Counted from the stretch's first letter, positions 51,691-61,186 are shown. The stretch is 64,000 nt of DNA from an uncultured Anaerolineales bacterium (GCA_964549495.1 CAZJWJ010000002.1:28559-92558), one strand, 5' to 3'. Translations and numbers: made by a program. The notes: generated from the sequence alone by a model not told the origin.

Positions 51691-53118
51691 ATGCGCATCC
51701 GAAGCTGGCAAGACGCGCTGGACCGACTCTACGGCTTGGCCAACTGGGAGACCCGCCCGCCGGGTACCGAGCTCAGCTTCGAGCTGAATCGCATCCGGCG
51801 CATCCTGGCGGCCCTCGGCGATCCGCATCGGATGTGGCCGGCGGTTCACGTGGCCGGCACCAACGGCAAGGGCTCCACCTGCGCCATGCTGGCCGCGGCC
51901 ATCGGAGCGGCGGGCTATCGGGTCGGCTTCTTCAGCTCGCCCCATCTGCACAGCGTCCGCGAGCGGATCCAGGTGGACGGGCAGATGATCGGCGAGGGCG
52001 AGGCCATGGCCTGGCTCGAACGCAACGAGGCGATCTTCGAGGCGGAGCCGACCATGACGACCTTCGAGGCCCTCACCGCCCTGGCCTTCGACCACTTCGC
52101 GTCCCGCGGCGTCGAGGTGGCGGTCGTCGAGGTGGGCCTGGGCGGTCGGCTGGACACGACCAATGTCGTGCTGCCCGCCGCCTGTGCCATCACGGCCATC
52201 GGCTTGGACCATGTGGCGGTCTTGGGCGGCAGCCTGCGGTCCATCGCGCGCGACAAGGCCGGCATCCTGAAGCCCGGCGTGCCGGCGGTCATCGCGCCCC
52301 AGGAGCCCGAGGCCCTGGAAGAGATCCGTTCGGAGGCCGAGCGGGTGGGCTGTCCCTTGATCGAGCTCGCAGATCGCTGGCGCTGGTCGACCGGAAGGGC
52401 CTCGGATGCCGGCCAAGCCTTCACCTTGAGCCCGTTTGATCGGCCCGCCGAGGCCTTCGAGATCGAGATCGGGCTGCTCGGCGCGCATCAGCGGGTGAAC
52501 GCCGCCACGGCGGTCGCCCTGCTCGAGCAGCTGGCCGAGCGAGGCTTCGAGCGCATCGACCGCGCGGCCATCGTGCGCGGCTTGGCGCTCGCGCGATGGC
52601 CGGCGCGATTCGAGCGAATGGCCTGGCCCGCGCATCGACTCGCCGCGGACGACTCCGTCTCGGGCGTCGACGACGGCGGGAGCCGGCCGCTGGTGATCAT
52701 AGACGGTGCCCACAACGAAGCGGCGGCGCGCGTCCTGCTCGAGGCCTTGGAGGAGCGCTACCCGGGCCGGCCGCGTGCCTGGATCCTGGGCTTCTCGCGC
52801 GACAAGGACATCGGCGCGATCTTGGACACGCTCCTCGCCGAGGCCGAGCCGGTCTGGGCGGTGCATTCCGCCCACCCTCGCGCGCGATCGGCCGAGGAGG
52901 TCGCGGCGCTGGTCACCGAGCGTGGGCGGCCCGCCCAGGCTTGCGCCAGCCCGGCCGATGCGCTGCGCCTGGCCATGGATTCCGTGCCGGCCGATAGCCT
53001 CGTGGTGGCCACCGGCTCGATCTTCGCTGCCGCGGATCTGCGCAAAGCTTGGCTGGGCATGGCCGGCCTACCGCTACCGCCCTCCGATCCGGAGCTGCCG
53101 GAGCCAGGCGGCGGGTAA
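51691..53118 (+). CDS. folC: Folylpolyglutamate synthase/dihydrofolate synthase
   Basis: [47 protein letters not shown]. Confidence 0.95.
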   Translation: MRIRSWQDALDRLYGLANWETRPPGTELSFELNRIRRILAALGDPHRMWPAVHVAGTNGKGSTCAMLAAAIGAAGYRVGFFSSPHLHSVRERIQVDGQMIGEGEAMAWLERNEAIFEAEPTMTTFEALTALAFDHFASRGVEVAVVEVGLGGRLDTTNVVLPAACAITAIGLDHVAVLGGSLRSIARDKAGILKPGVPAVIAPQEPEALEEIRSEAERVGCPLIELADRWRWSTGRASDAGQAFTLSPFDRPAEAFEIEIGLLGAHQRVNAATAVALLEQLAERGFERIDRAAIVRGLALARWPARFERMAWPAHRLAADDSVSGVDDGGSRPLVIIDGAHNEAAARVLLEALEERYPGRPRAWILGFSRDKDIGAILDTLLAEAEPVWAVHSAHPRARSAEEVAALVTERGRPAQACASPADALRLAMDSVPADSLVVATGSIFAAADLRKAWLGMAGLPLPPSDPELPEPGGG

Positions 53119-53167
53119 GAGCCAGGGGCGCGCGTCGTCCAAGCTCCACCGGACTCTCGGCCGGCAT

Positions 53168-53196
53168 GTGCACTGCCGATCGGTCTGGTGTATACT
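53168..53196 (+). promoter_or_regulatory. Probable promoter (GTGCAC-N17-TATACT) ahead of folE
   Basis: TATACT at 53191-53196 in an AT-rich patch, ~220 nt upstream of folE. Confidence 0.5.
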
Positions 53197-53416
53197 AAAT
53201 GAAGAGCTATTGTTCAGCTATTGTGCTGATCGACCTCACCGCACGGCCGGACCGGTCGCGATCGGGCAGCAAGGCCCCGACCGACGGTCCAGCGGGCCAC
53301 GTCGAAGGGCGTGGGGCCGAACCGGTGTCCAGAAAACCATGCGGTCGTGCCCGTCGATGATCGTGTCGCGGGTTCGGGGGCGCCGGCGCCGCTACAAGCA
53401 GGAAGGAAGAGTTACC

Positions 53417-54151
53417 GTGACGATCTACTTTGAACGAGACGCGGAAGGCCTGCAGCGCGACCGGCGGTCCAACGGCCATGGACCCGGATCGAAAGCCGCC
53501 GATGTCCACGTGGCCGAGGCCGATTTGCTCATCGGCCGCCCGCCCGGTCGAGATCGCAGCGATTCCGAGGGCCAGCTCTACGACCCGCGAGCCCAGCAGC
53601 GCATCGAAGCCGCCGTGCGCCAGATCCTGGATGCCGTCGGCGAGGACAGCCAGCGCGATGGACTCGTGGGCACGCCGGGGCGCGTGGCGCGCATGTACCA
53701 CGAGCTGTTGGAGGGCTACGCCTTGGACCTGGACCAGGTGATCAACGGCGCGCTCTTCGACGTCGACTACGACGACGGCGAGATGGTCACTGTGGCCGGC
53801 ATCCCCTATACCTCGCTCTGCGAGCATCACATGCTGCCCTTCGTCGGCACGGCCCATGTGGCCTACATCCCGCGCGATCGGGTGGTCGGCCTCAGCAAGA
53901 TCCCGCGCATCGTCGACATGTTCGCCCGGCGCCTGCAGATCCAGGAGCGGCTGACCAACCAGATTGCCGAAGCCATCGGACAGGCGCTCGACCCGGCCGG
54001 CATCATGGTGGTGGTCGAAGGCCAGCACAGCTGTGCGGCCTTGCGCGGCGTCAAGAAGCAGGGCGTGAACATGGTCACCACCGCCCGGCGCGGTCTGTTT
54101 CGCCAGGACGCCGCGCTGCGCGAGGACTTCTACCGTCAGATCGGCCGCTGA
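53417..54151 (+). CDS. folE: GTP cyclohydrolase I
   Basis: [42 protein letters not shown]; GGAAGGAAG RBS before GTG. Confidence 0.95.
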   Translation: MTIYFERDAEGLQRDRRSNGHGPGSKAADVHVAEADLLIGRPPGRDRSDSEGQLYDPRAQQRIEAAVRQILDAVGEDSQRDGLVGTPGRVARMYHELLEGYALDLDQVINGALFDVDYDDGEMVTVAGIPYTSLCEHHMLPFVGTAHVAYIPRDRVVGLSKIPRIVDMFARRLQIQERLTNQIAEAIGQALDPAGIMVVVEGQHSCAALRGVKKQGVNMVTTARRGLFRQDAALREDFYRQIGR

Positions 54152-54157
54152 TCGCGC

Positions 54158-54925
54158 ATGGAGCTAACGGGCAAGACGGCGCTGGTCACCGGCGGCGCGC
54201 ATCGGGTCGGTCGGGCTATCGCCATCGGCTTGGCCGAGATGGGGGCCGACCTCGTCGTGCACTACGGCGGCTCGGAAGGCGCGGCGGTGGACACCGCCGC
54301 CGAGATCCGGGCCATGGGGCGTCGGGCTTGGCCCGTGCAAGCCGATCTGGCCAGCCCCGAGGCCATCGATGCGCTCTTCGCAGAAGTCGATCGGCTCGCG
54401 GGCCGGCTGGACGTGCTGGTCAACAGCGCGGCCAGCTTCCGCAAGCAGTCCTGGGACCGGATCGGGCCCGAGGATTGGGATGCCGCTCTGGCGGTCAACC
54501 TGCGCGCGCCCTTTCTGTGCATGCAGGCGGCTGCCGCGCGCATGCGCCGAGTCGAGCGGCCCGAGGACCAGCCGGCCCTGATCGTCAATATCTGCGATCT
54601 GAGCGGCGTCCACCCCTGGCGCGGCTACGTGCAGCATGGCGTCTCCAAGGCGGGCTTGCTCCATCTCAGCCGCATCGCGGCCCGCGAGCTGGCACCTCGG
54701 ATTCGCGTCAACGCGATACTGCCGGGTGCCATCCTGCCGCCTCCGGACGTCGATCCCGACAGCGAGCTCTGGCGGGAGCTGGGCTCGGCCTCGCCCCTTG
54801 GCCGGCCCGGCGATCCCGGCAAGATCCAGCAGACCATCCGCTACCTGGTCCAGAACGACTACGTCAGCGGCGCCGTCATCCCGGTGGACGGCGGCGAGCA
54901 TTTGCTGGGGCCGGTGAACCATTGA
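54158..54925 (+). CDS. SDR family oxidoreductase, pteridine-reductase/FolM-like
   Basis: TGGAHRVGRAIA, VVHYGGS, VNSAASF, RVNAILPG; located between folE and folB. Confidence 0.8.
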   Translation: MELTGKTALVTGGAHRVGRAIAIGLAEMGADLVVHYGGSEGAAVDTAAEIRAMGRRAWPVQADLASPEAIDALFAEVDRLAGRLDVLVNSAASFRKQSWDRIGPEDWDAALAVNLRAPFLCMQAAAARMRRVERPEDQPALIVNICDLSGVHPWRGYVQHGVSKAGLLHLSRIAARELAPRIRVNAILPGAILPPPDVDPDSELWRELGSASPLGRPGDPGKIQQTIRYLVQNDYVSGAVIPVDGGEHLLGPVNH

Positions 54926-55016
54926 TCTCCCAGATGGCGCCATGAGCCGCCGCCCTCCACCCGGCCGCTCCCCCATCCCCACGCGCGCCGACGCCGGCGC
55001 CGAAAGGCAGATCCGA

Positions 55017-55397
55017 ATGGCCGTCCACGACCGCATCATCATCCGCGACCTGCTCCTGCGCGGCATCATCGGCATCAACGAGTGGGAGCGCGAGAAGCAC
55101 CAGGACATCCTGATCAACCTGGTGATCTACACCGACATGCGCCGGGCCGGCCGCTCGGACGAGATGGCCGACTCGATCAACTACCGCACCCTGACCAAGG
55201 ACATCATCGCCCACGTCGAGGGATCGGCCCACTACCTGGTCGAAAAGCTGGCCACCGAGGTGGCGCGGATCTGCGTGGTCGAGCACGGTGCCGACCGGGT
55301 GACGGTGCGGGTCGAGAAGCCCGGTGCGCTGCGTTTCGCCGCCTCGACCGGCGTCGAGATCGAGCGCAAGCGGGCCGACTTCGAGGCCGAGCTCTGA
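55017..55397 (+). CDS. folB: Dihydroneopterin aldolase
   Basis: DRIIIRDL..GIIGINEWER, SINYRTL, LVEKLA, VRVEKPGA. Confidence 0.93.
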   Translation: MAVHDRIIIRDLLLRGIIGINEWEREKHQDILINLVIYTDMRRAGRSDEMADSINYRTLTKDIIAHVEGSAHYLVEKLATEVARICVVEHGADRVTVRVEKPGALRFAASTGVEIERKRADFEAEL

Positions 55398-55945
55398 AGG
55401 CGGCAGCGACGACGAAGCCGGTCTTGCTCGCCCTGGGCTCGAACATCGATCCCGAGCGCAACCTGCCGGCCGCCCTCGACCGACTGTCCCGACGCCTAGA
55501 CCTGCAGTCCGTCTCGAGAGCTTTCGAGACGCGGCCGGCCCAAGGCGCGCGCGGCCCGGTCTTCTGGAACGCCGCCGCCCGGATCGAGACCTCGCTGGCG
55601 CCGGCCGAGCTCAAGGCGGTCCTGCGCGCAATCGAGGCCGAGCTTGGGCGCGTGCGGGGCCAGAATCGGAACGCGCCGCGGACCATCGACTTGGACATCA
55701 CGCTCTACGGTCAGGATCGCATCGTTGCGCCGGAGGTCGGCCTCCGAATCCCCGATCCGGATCTCGAGCGATGGCCCCACGTCGCCTTGCCAGCAGCCGA
55801 CCTCGCGCCCGATTGGATCCACCCTGTATCCGGACGTGCCCTCCGCGATATCGCCTTAGCCATGGCCCGAGCCGAAGGCGTGCGCCGACTCCCGAGGGCC
55901 GAATTCGATCCGGCCGATTTCGCCTCCGAGCCACACGGCATGTGA
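55394..55945 (+). CDS. folK: 6-hydroxymethyl-7,8-dihydropterin pyrophosphokinase
   Basis: LALGSNI, FWNAA, LRAIEAELGRVR, PRTIDLDI, IPDPD; start probably CTG overlapping folB stop. Confidence 0.9.
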   Translation: MKAAATTKPVLLALGSNIDPERNLPAALDRLSRRLDLQSVSRAFETRPAQGARGPVFWNAAARIETSLAPAELKAVLRAIEAELGRVRGQNRNAPRTIDLDITLYGQDRIVAPEVGLRIPDPDLERWPHVALPAADLAPDWIHPVSGRALRDIALAMARAEGVRRLPRAEFDPADFASEPHGM

Positions 55946-55986
55946 TTCGACTCGGCCGGGTCCGAGGGTCATCCCGGCAAAGTGAT

Positions 55987-56015
55987 TTGTCGAAAAGCGA
56001 ATCAGCGTCCATAAT
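55987..56015 (+). promoter_or_regulatory. sigma70 promoter TTGTCG-N17-CATAAT
   Basis: Immediately followed by an imperfect palindrome at 56016-56039. Confidence 0.6.
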
Positions 56016-56057
56016 CTGATTCGATAATCGAGAAATCAGTACTGAGGGGGTGTGAGG

Positions 56058-56318
56058 ATGCAGCAGGAAGGCGAGACGAATCCCGCCGAGATCGTGGACG
56101 GGCGGTCGCTGAGGCGATTGGCCGATCGCTTCGACGAGCTCTCCGGCGGCTTCACGCGCGAAGCCGAGTGCAAGCTCGAACTCGCGCGGGCCATGGCGGA
56201 CGAGGAGGCGGTGCGGCGCGAGCACATCAAGATCCAGGTGATGCGCGCGGCGCGCAAGATGTTTGCCGGCAGCTATCGCGAGGTCACCGGGGAGCGCGGC
56301 CTGAAGGTGGACTCGTGA
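56058..56318 (+). CDS. Small helical hypothetical protein (86 aa)
   Basis: GAGG RBS; GTGA overlap with the downstream regulator. Confidence 0.65.
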   Translation: MQQEGETNPAEIVDGRSLRRLADRFDELSGGFTREAECKLELARAMADEEAVRREHIKIQVMRAARKMFAGSYREVTGERGLKVDS

Positions 56319-56890
56319 GCGATAAGCAAGGAAGTGCCGCGCGCGAACTGGAGGCCCGCGCTGCGCTATTCAAGGCGCTGGGTCACCCGACGCGCCTGCT
56401 CCTGGTCAACCTGATCGACCGTCAGCCGCGACATACCGAGGAGCTGGCCGAGATCCTCTCGCTCAGCCCCGGCACGGTCTCGCACCATCTGGGCCAGCTG
56501 TCCAAAGCCGGCCTCCTGCGCAGCGAGCGCGAGCAGTACTATCAGGTCTATCGCCTGTCCGGCGAGGCCCTCGGTCGGCGGCTGGGCGATCTGGTTCGCC
56601 TGGAGCAGCCCGGTTTGGAGCTGGAGACCGAAACCGACGCCTGGCGCGAGCGGGTTCTGTCGACCTTTCTGGTTCGTGGCCGGCTGACCCACATCCCGGC
56701 CCAACGCAAGAAGCGGCGTGTGGTCCTCGAACGCCTGGTCGAGGAGTTCGAGCCCGAGCGGGAGTACCTGGAGCCGGAAGTCAACCGGATCCTGGTCGAC
56801 TACCACGACGATGTGGCGACATTGCGACGCGAGATGGTGGCCGAGAAGCTGTTCACGCGCAGCGGCGGGTTTTACCGTCGCCTGCAATAG
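56315..56890 (+). CDS. ArsR/SmtB-family regulator fused to DUF2087
   Basis: FKALGHPTRL, VSHHLGQLSKAG HTH; C-terminal IPAQRKKR...YLEPEVN...DDVATLRREMV DUF2087-like. Confidence 0.85.
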   Translation: MSDKQGSAARELEARAALFKALGHPTRLLLVNLIDRQPRHTEELAEILSLSPGTVSHHLGQLSKAGLLRSEREQYYQVYRLSGEALGRRLGDLVRLEQPGLELETETDAWRERVLSTFLVRGRLTHIPAQRKKRRVVLERLVEEFEPEREYLEPEVNRILVDYHDDVATLRREMVAEKLFTRSGGFYRRLQ

Positions 56891-56957
56891 CATCGCCGCT
56901 CGGGCCGAGCTCCGGCGCCTGCAACCATCGAATCCATGAAAGACTGGGAGCACTGAG

Positions 56958-57884
56958 GTGATAGTAGAGCAGAAGAGGCCCGACTTTCTCGATCATTGGG
57001 ATTTCGGAGATCCCGCGGCGAGCGAGCGGCGATTCCGCGAGGTCCTCGATGATCTCGGCCCGGATGGTGATCGCTCGCTGCGTGCACAGCTGCTCTCGCA
57101 GATCGCGCGCACCCACGGGCTGCGACGGGACCTCGAGGCGGCGCATGAAACGCTCGACGAGGCGGAAGCGATACTAGAGGGGCGGGATCTACCCGTGGCG
57201 CGACTCCGCTGCACGCTGGAGCGCGGTCGCACGCTGGACAGTCCGGTCCATCGGCCGAAAGACAAGCGCACCGATGAAGCCCGCGCTCGCTACCTCGAGG
57301 TCTTCGAGGACGGTCGGCGCCTGGGTCTGCACGGCTTGGCGGTGGACGCGGCGCACATGTTGGGCATCATCGAGCCAGCCGACGAAGGCTTGGCCTGGAA
57401 CCTGCGCGCCATCGAGCTGGCCGAGGCCAGCCAGGACGAGGAGGCGCGCTCCTGGCTCGGCTCGCTCTACAACAATACCGGCTGGACCTACCACGAAGGG
57501 GGCGAGTTCGAGCGGGCCTTGGCGATCTTCGAGAAGGCGCTGGCCTGGCGCGAGGCGCAGCGGCAGCCGGCCCAGGCTCGCATCGCGCGCTGGTGCGTCG
57601 GCCGCTGCCTCCGTTCCCTCGGCCGGCTCGACGAGGCCCTGGCGATCCAGGAAGCGCTGCTTGCCGACTACGAAGAGACCGGCGAAACCGAGGTCGGCTA
57701 TACCTCGGAGGAAGTGGCCGAGTGCCTGCTTGCCCTCGGCCGCTCCGACGAAGCCCGCCCCTGGTTCGACCAGGCCCATCAGCGCCTGAGCCAGCACGAG
57801 TCCTGGCTACTGGAAGTCGAGCCGCAGCGCATGGCGCGTCTCGCCGAGCTCGGTGCAGCTACTAAGGGCTCATCAAGCGATTAG
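56958..57884 (+). CDS. Tetratricopeptide-repeat protein
   Basis: DHWDFGDPAASERRF, LLSQIARTHGL, SLYNNTGWTY, ARWCVGRCLRSLGR. Confidence 0.8.
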   Translation: MIVEQKRPDFLDHWDFGDPAASERRFREVLDDLGPDGDRSLRAQLLSQIARTHGLRRDLEAAHETLDEAEAILEGRDLPVARLRCTLERGRTLDSPVHRPKDKRTDEARARYLEVFEDGRRLGLHGLAVDAAHMLGIIEPADEGLAWNLRAIELAEASQDEEARSWLGSLYNNTGWTYHEGGEFERALAIFEKALAWREAQRQPAQARIARWCVGRCLRSLGRLDEALAIQEALLADYEETGETEVGYTSEEVAECLLALGRSDEARPWFDQAHQRLSQHESWLLEVEPQRMARLAELGAATKGSSSD

Positions 57885-57930
57885 AGGCGCAGCAACGCCC
57901 TCTGTTGTACCTCCAACTGCTTAACGGGCC

Positions 57931-57960
57931 CTAATCGTGAACGGTGCACTAATCGTGAAC
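57931..57960. repeat. 12-bp direct repeat CTAATCGTGAAC x2 (18-bp period)
   Basis: Copies at 57931-57942 and 57949-57960; the second encodes the last codons and stop of the toxin. Confidence 0.8.
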
Positions 57961-58302
57961 AATGATCTCCGACCGCGTGATCTCGACGAAATGAGACAGC
58001 GCGATGCACTCCTCGATGATTGCCCGATTCGTGCTGAAGATGTCCAGTAGCCGATCGTTCGAAATGTCGCCTGTTGCGACGAGCAAGAGCTTCTCGGGCC
58101 GCCCGCGAATGAGGTGAGACTCGACGAAGTCAGCGTCCTTCGTGACGACGATGCGAGCCTCGATACCCGCAATCCGGAGGATCTCACCGTCAGGCGTTCG
58201 ATTCCCGAGCGGTAGCGACTTGGTATGAACGACATCGTGACCATCTGCTTCGAGGAGATCGGCGAGACGCTGGGGCAGTTGCGCATCCACCAGGAACTTC
58301 AC
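57949..58302 (-). CDS. DUF5615 family PIN-like toxin
   Basis: MKFLVDAQLP, PDGEIL, RIVVTKDADF. Confidence 0.88.
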   Translation of the reverse strand: MKFLVDAQLPQRLADLLEADGHDVVHTKSLPLGNRTPDGEILRIAGIEARIVVTKDADFVESHLIRGRPEKLLLVATGDISNDRLLDIFSTNRAIIEECIALSHFVEITRSEIIVHD

Positions 58303-58532
58303 GCCGAGAGGGCTCGCACCTGCTTCACGCGAGACAGTCGCGCTGCGTAACTCAAGGCGGCCAGGATGTCCTCGTGCTCTAGATCCGGATAGTCTTCTAG
58401 GATCTCTTCGATTGACATGCCCCCACCAAGAAGCTCCAGCAAATTCTCGACCGGGTAGCGAAGCCCGCGAATGACAGGCTTTCCATGGCAGATGTCCGGA
58501 TCGATGGTGATACGCTCATCAATTGCGATCAT
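58299..58532 (-). CDS. DUF433 family antitoxin
   Basis: RITIDPDICHGKPVIRGLRYPV, EEILEDYPDLEHEDILAALSYA; GTGA overlap with toxin. Confidence 0.92.
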   Translation of the reverse strand: MIAIDERITIDPDICHGKPVIRGLRYPVENLLELLGGGMSIEEILEDYPDLEHEDILAALSYAARLSRVKQVRALSA

Positions 58533-58584
58533 GGCTGAACGCTCCCTGCGCAGGGTATCGTGTGACGGCCGCCGTCGGCACAAG

Positions 58585-58614
58585 CGACCCTAGGCCCATG
58601 ATAGGCCTGGGTCG
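58585..58614. terminator. Hairpin after the glutamate-synthase-like gene
   Basis: CGACCCTAGGCC-CATGATA-GGCCTGGGTCG (one bulge). Confidence 0.5.
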
Positions 58615-58640
58615 ACACCATACCAAGCGACCTGCAACGC

Positions 58641-60287
58641 TCAATCCAAGGGCGTGACGCCACCATAGGCGACGCCCGACAGGTGGGAGATGTCACGCTT
58701 CCAGGTGGTCAGGTCGCTCGGCGAGAAGCCCGACAGGTGATCGTGGCCGCAGGCGCGGGCCAGGACCTGCATCAGATGGGTCGTGGCATCGAGGAAGCTG
58801 GCGAGTTGGCGGGCCGACTGCTCGATGACCAGCCGCGCGCGCAGATCTTCCTTCTGGGTGGCGATGCCGACCGGGCAGTTGTTGGTGTGGCAGGCGCGCA
58901 TGCCCAGGCAGCCGATGGCCTGAATGGCGCTGTTGGCCACCGCCACGCCGTCGGCGCCCAGGGCCATGGCCTTGACGAAGTCCGACTCGGTGCGCAGCCC
59001 GCCGGTGACGATCAGGGTCACGTCCCGGGCGCCGACCTCGTCCAGATGCCGCCGCGCGCGGGCCAAGGCGGCGATGCTGGGCACCGAGATGTTCTGCTTG
59101 AAGATCTCGGGCGCCGCGCCGGTGCCGCCGCCGCGACCATCCAGGATGATGTAGTCGGCGCTGGCGGCCAGCGCGAAGTCGATGTCGTCCTCGATGTGCT
59201 GGGCCGAGAGCTTGAAGCCGATGGGGATGCCGCCGCTGGCCTCGCGCACCCGATCGGCCAGCCGGCGAAAGTCGTCGACGCCCTCCAGATCCGGGAAGGT
59301 GGCCGGACTGACGGCCGGCGTGCCCGGCTCCAGCCCGCGCACCTCGGCGATCTTGCCCTGCACCTTCTCACCTGGCAGGTGGCCGCCGGTACCGGTCTTG
59401 GCCCCCTGGCCGCCCTTGAAGTGGAAGGCCTGCACGTCGCGCACCTTCTCGATGTCCCAGCCGAAGCGGGCCGAAGCCAGCTCGTAGAAGTAGCGGCTAC
59501 AGGCGGCCTGCTCCTCTGGCAGCATGCCACCCTCGCCCGAGGCGATGCCGGTGCCGGCCAATTCGGCGCCGCGTGCCAAGGCCACCTTGGCCTCCTGGCT
59601 GAGCGCGCCGAAGCTCATGTCGCTGACGAAGATGGGGATCTCGAGGCGCAGCGGCTTGTCGGCCCGCGGCCCGATGACCAGTTCGGTGCCCACGGGCTGG
59701 TCGTCGAGCAGCGGCCGGCGCGCCAGCTGGGCGGTCACGATCTGGATGTCGTCCCAGCTCGGCAGCTCGCGCGCCGGAACCCCCATCGCCGAGACGGCCC
59801 CATGATGTCCCCACCGCTTCAGTCCGTTCTTGGCCAGGTTGCGGATGTAACGGTTGTGCGGCTCGTCGGCCGTCCCGCTCGGGTCGGCATAGAGCCCAAG
59901 GTAGGCCTGGCGGTTGTAGGGTTGAGGATGCTCGCGCTGCCAGGCCTTTACCTCGGCCGCATCGACGTAGACCGCGTCGTCGGCCTCGTCCACCCAGGCC
60001 GAGAACTTCTTCAGGGCTTCGGCGTTGTTGTATTCGCTGACCCCGGTGTCCAATCGATAGTCCCAGTCGTGCAGACCGCAGATCAGGTTCTGCCCGCGCA
60101 CGTAGCCATCGGACAGGAGCGCGCCCCGGTGCAGGCAGCGTCCGTAGAAGACCGACACCCGATCGTCGTAGCGCAGCACGACCAAGTCGACCTCGGCCAC
60201 CAGCGCGTACTGCGGGTCGCGATCGGGCAATTCGCTCCAGGTGGCCACGCGTTCGGGCTCGCGCCGCGCGCTCCCGTTCTGACTCAT
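58641..60287 (-). CDS. FMN-binding glutamate-synthase-related protein with N-terminal Rieske domain
   Basis: CLHRG...CGLH Rieske; SDMSFGALS, SGEGG, KGGQGAKTGTGG, LDGRGGGTGAA, CLGMRACHTNNCPVG. Confidence 0.9.
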   Translation of the reverse strand: MSQNGSARREPERVATWSELPDRDPQYALVAEVDLVVLRYDDRVSVFYGRCLHRGALLSDGYVRGQNLICGLHDWDYRLDTGVSEYNNAEALKKFSAWVDEADDAVYVDAAEVKAWQREHPQPYNRQAYLGLYADPSGTADEPHNRYIRNLAKNGLKRWGHHGAVSAMGVPARELPSWDDIQIVTAQLARRPLLDDQPVGTELVIGPRADKPLRLEIPIFVSDMSFGALSQEAKVALARGAELAGTGIASGEGGMLPEEQAACSRYFYELASARFGWDIEKVRDVQAFHFKGGQGAKTGTGGHLPGEKVQGKIAEVRGLEPGTPAVSPATFPDLEGVDDFRRLADRVREASGGIPIGFKLSAQHIEDDIDFALAASADYIILDGRGGGTGAAPEIFKQNISVPSIAALARARRHLDEVGARDVTLIVTGGLRTESDFVKAMALGADGVAVANSAIQAIGCLGMRACHTNNCPVGIATQKEDLRARLVIEQSARQLASFLDATTHLMQVLARACGHDHLSGFSPSDLTTWKRDISHLSGVAYGGVTPLD

Positions 60288-60358
60288 GCTCGGCATCTCC
60301 TCGGTATCTCTTCGGGATATCTCGTCCGTCTCGTGATCGGTTGCGGTCTAGTCGGATA

Positions 60359-61186
60359 TCAGTCCCGCATCCGTTCGGCGCCCGCCCCATGTACCGCGCG
60401 CAAGATCCGCATGAGTCCCTCCAGCGGCCGATCGAGCTCGATCAGCCGGCCGTAGCGGACCAGACCGCCTTTCCAGTCTGCCAGATGCCACTCGGCCGGC
60501 GCGGGCAGCTCCGCATCGGCCAGATCATCGGGCCAGGGGTAGGCCGTCAGGTAGAGGTAGGGCTCGGGAATGCCGGCGTCGCCGGTCGAGAAGCCAAAGC
60601 CCATCTGTTCCTGGCTCGACTCCTCGTCGGCCGGGTCTTGGCCGGGAACCAGTCGGCCCGAGAACCAGTTCAGCGACAGGTCGAAGTGATGGGGCCAGAG
60701 CTGCACCGGGCTGGTCTTGCCCGGTAGCTCTGCCGCGAAGGCGGTCAGCGCGCCGGCCACGAGGCGGGCCGCCTGCCACCATGCGGTTGCAGCGATGGGA
60801 TCGTGGGCCGGCGCGACCCCGTCGTCGAGCTTGCTCAGGTCGATGGCGGGCCGGCTGCCGGCCGCATCGAGTCGGTCGAGGAGCCAGCCGGCCAGCGCGC
60901 TGCCGCCGAGGTTGCCCAGGGGCCGGCTCCAGCGGCGGCCATCGCTCAGCTGAAGACCGACGCCATGGTGGACCAGGTCCATGCTCAACTCGGCCGCGAG
61001 ACCACCTGGCATGGGCAGCCAGCCGGTGCTCAAGCCCTCGGGCCGCGGCAAGAGGCTGACATGCCACCAATGCGGCTGGGCCGGCGCCAGCGTGCGCCGG
61101 ATAGCACCGAGGACCTTGGCTTGCTGGTGGAGGCTGTCGCGGGTGGCGCGCCAGACGTCCAGCGGCAGCCGCGGGAAGTCGTACAT
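60359..61186 (-). CDS. DUF5996-like protein
   Basis: W..TRDSLH, PHWWHVSL, PVQLWPHHFDL, GFSTGDAGIPEPYLY. Start 61186 or 61195. Confidence 0.7.
   Translation of the reverse strand: MYDFPRLPLDVWRATRDSLHQQAKVLGAIRRTLAPAQPHWWHVSLLPRPEGLSTGWLPMPGGLAAELSMDLVHHGVGLQLSDGRRWSRPLGNLGGSALAGWLLDRLDAAGSRPAIDLSKLDDGVAPAHDPIAATAWWQAARLVAGALTAFAAELPGKTSPVQLWPHHFDLSLNWFSGRLVPGQDPADEESSQEQMGFGFSTGDAGIPEPYLYLTAYPWPDDLADAELPAPAEWHLADWKGGLVRYGRLIELDRPLEGLMRILRAVHGAGAERMRD

Noticed and set aside
53200-53416. Known THF, ZTP or SAM riboswitch upstream of folE
   Set aside because: Consensus nucleotides not recognisable; kept only as an unassigned structured-leader candidate.
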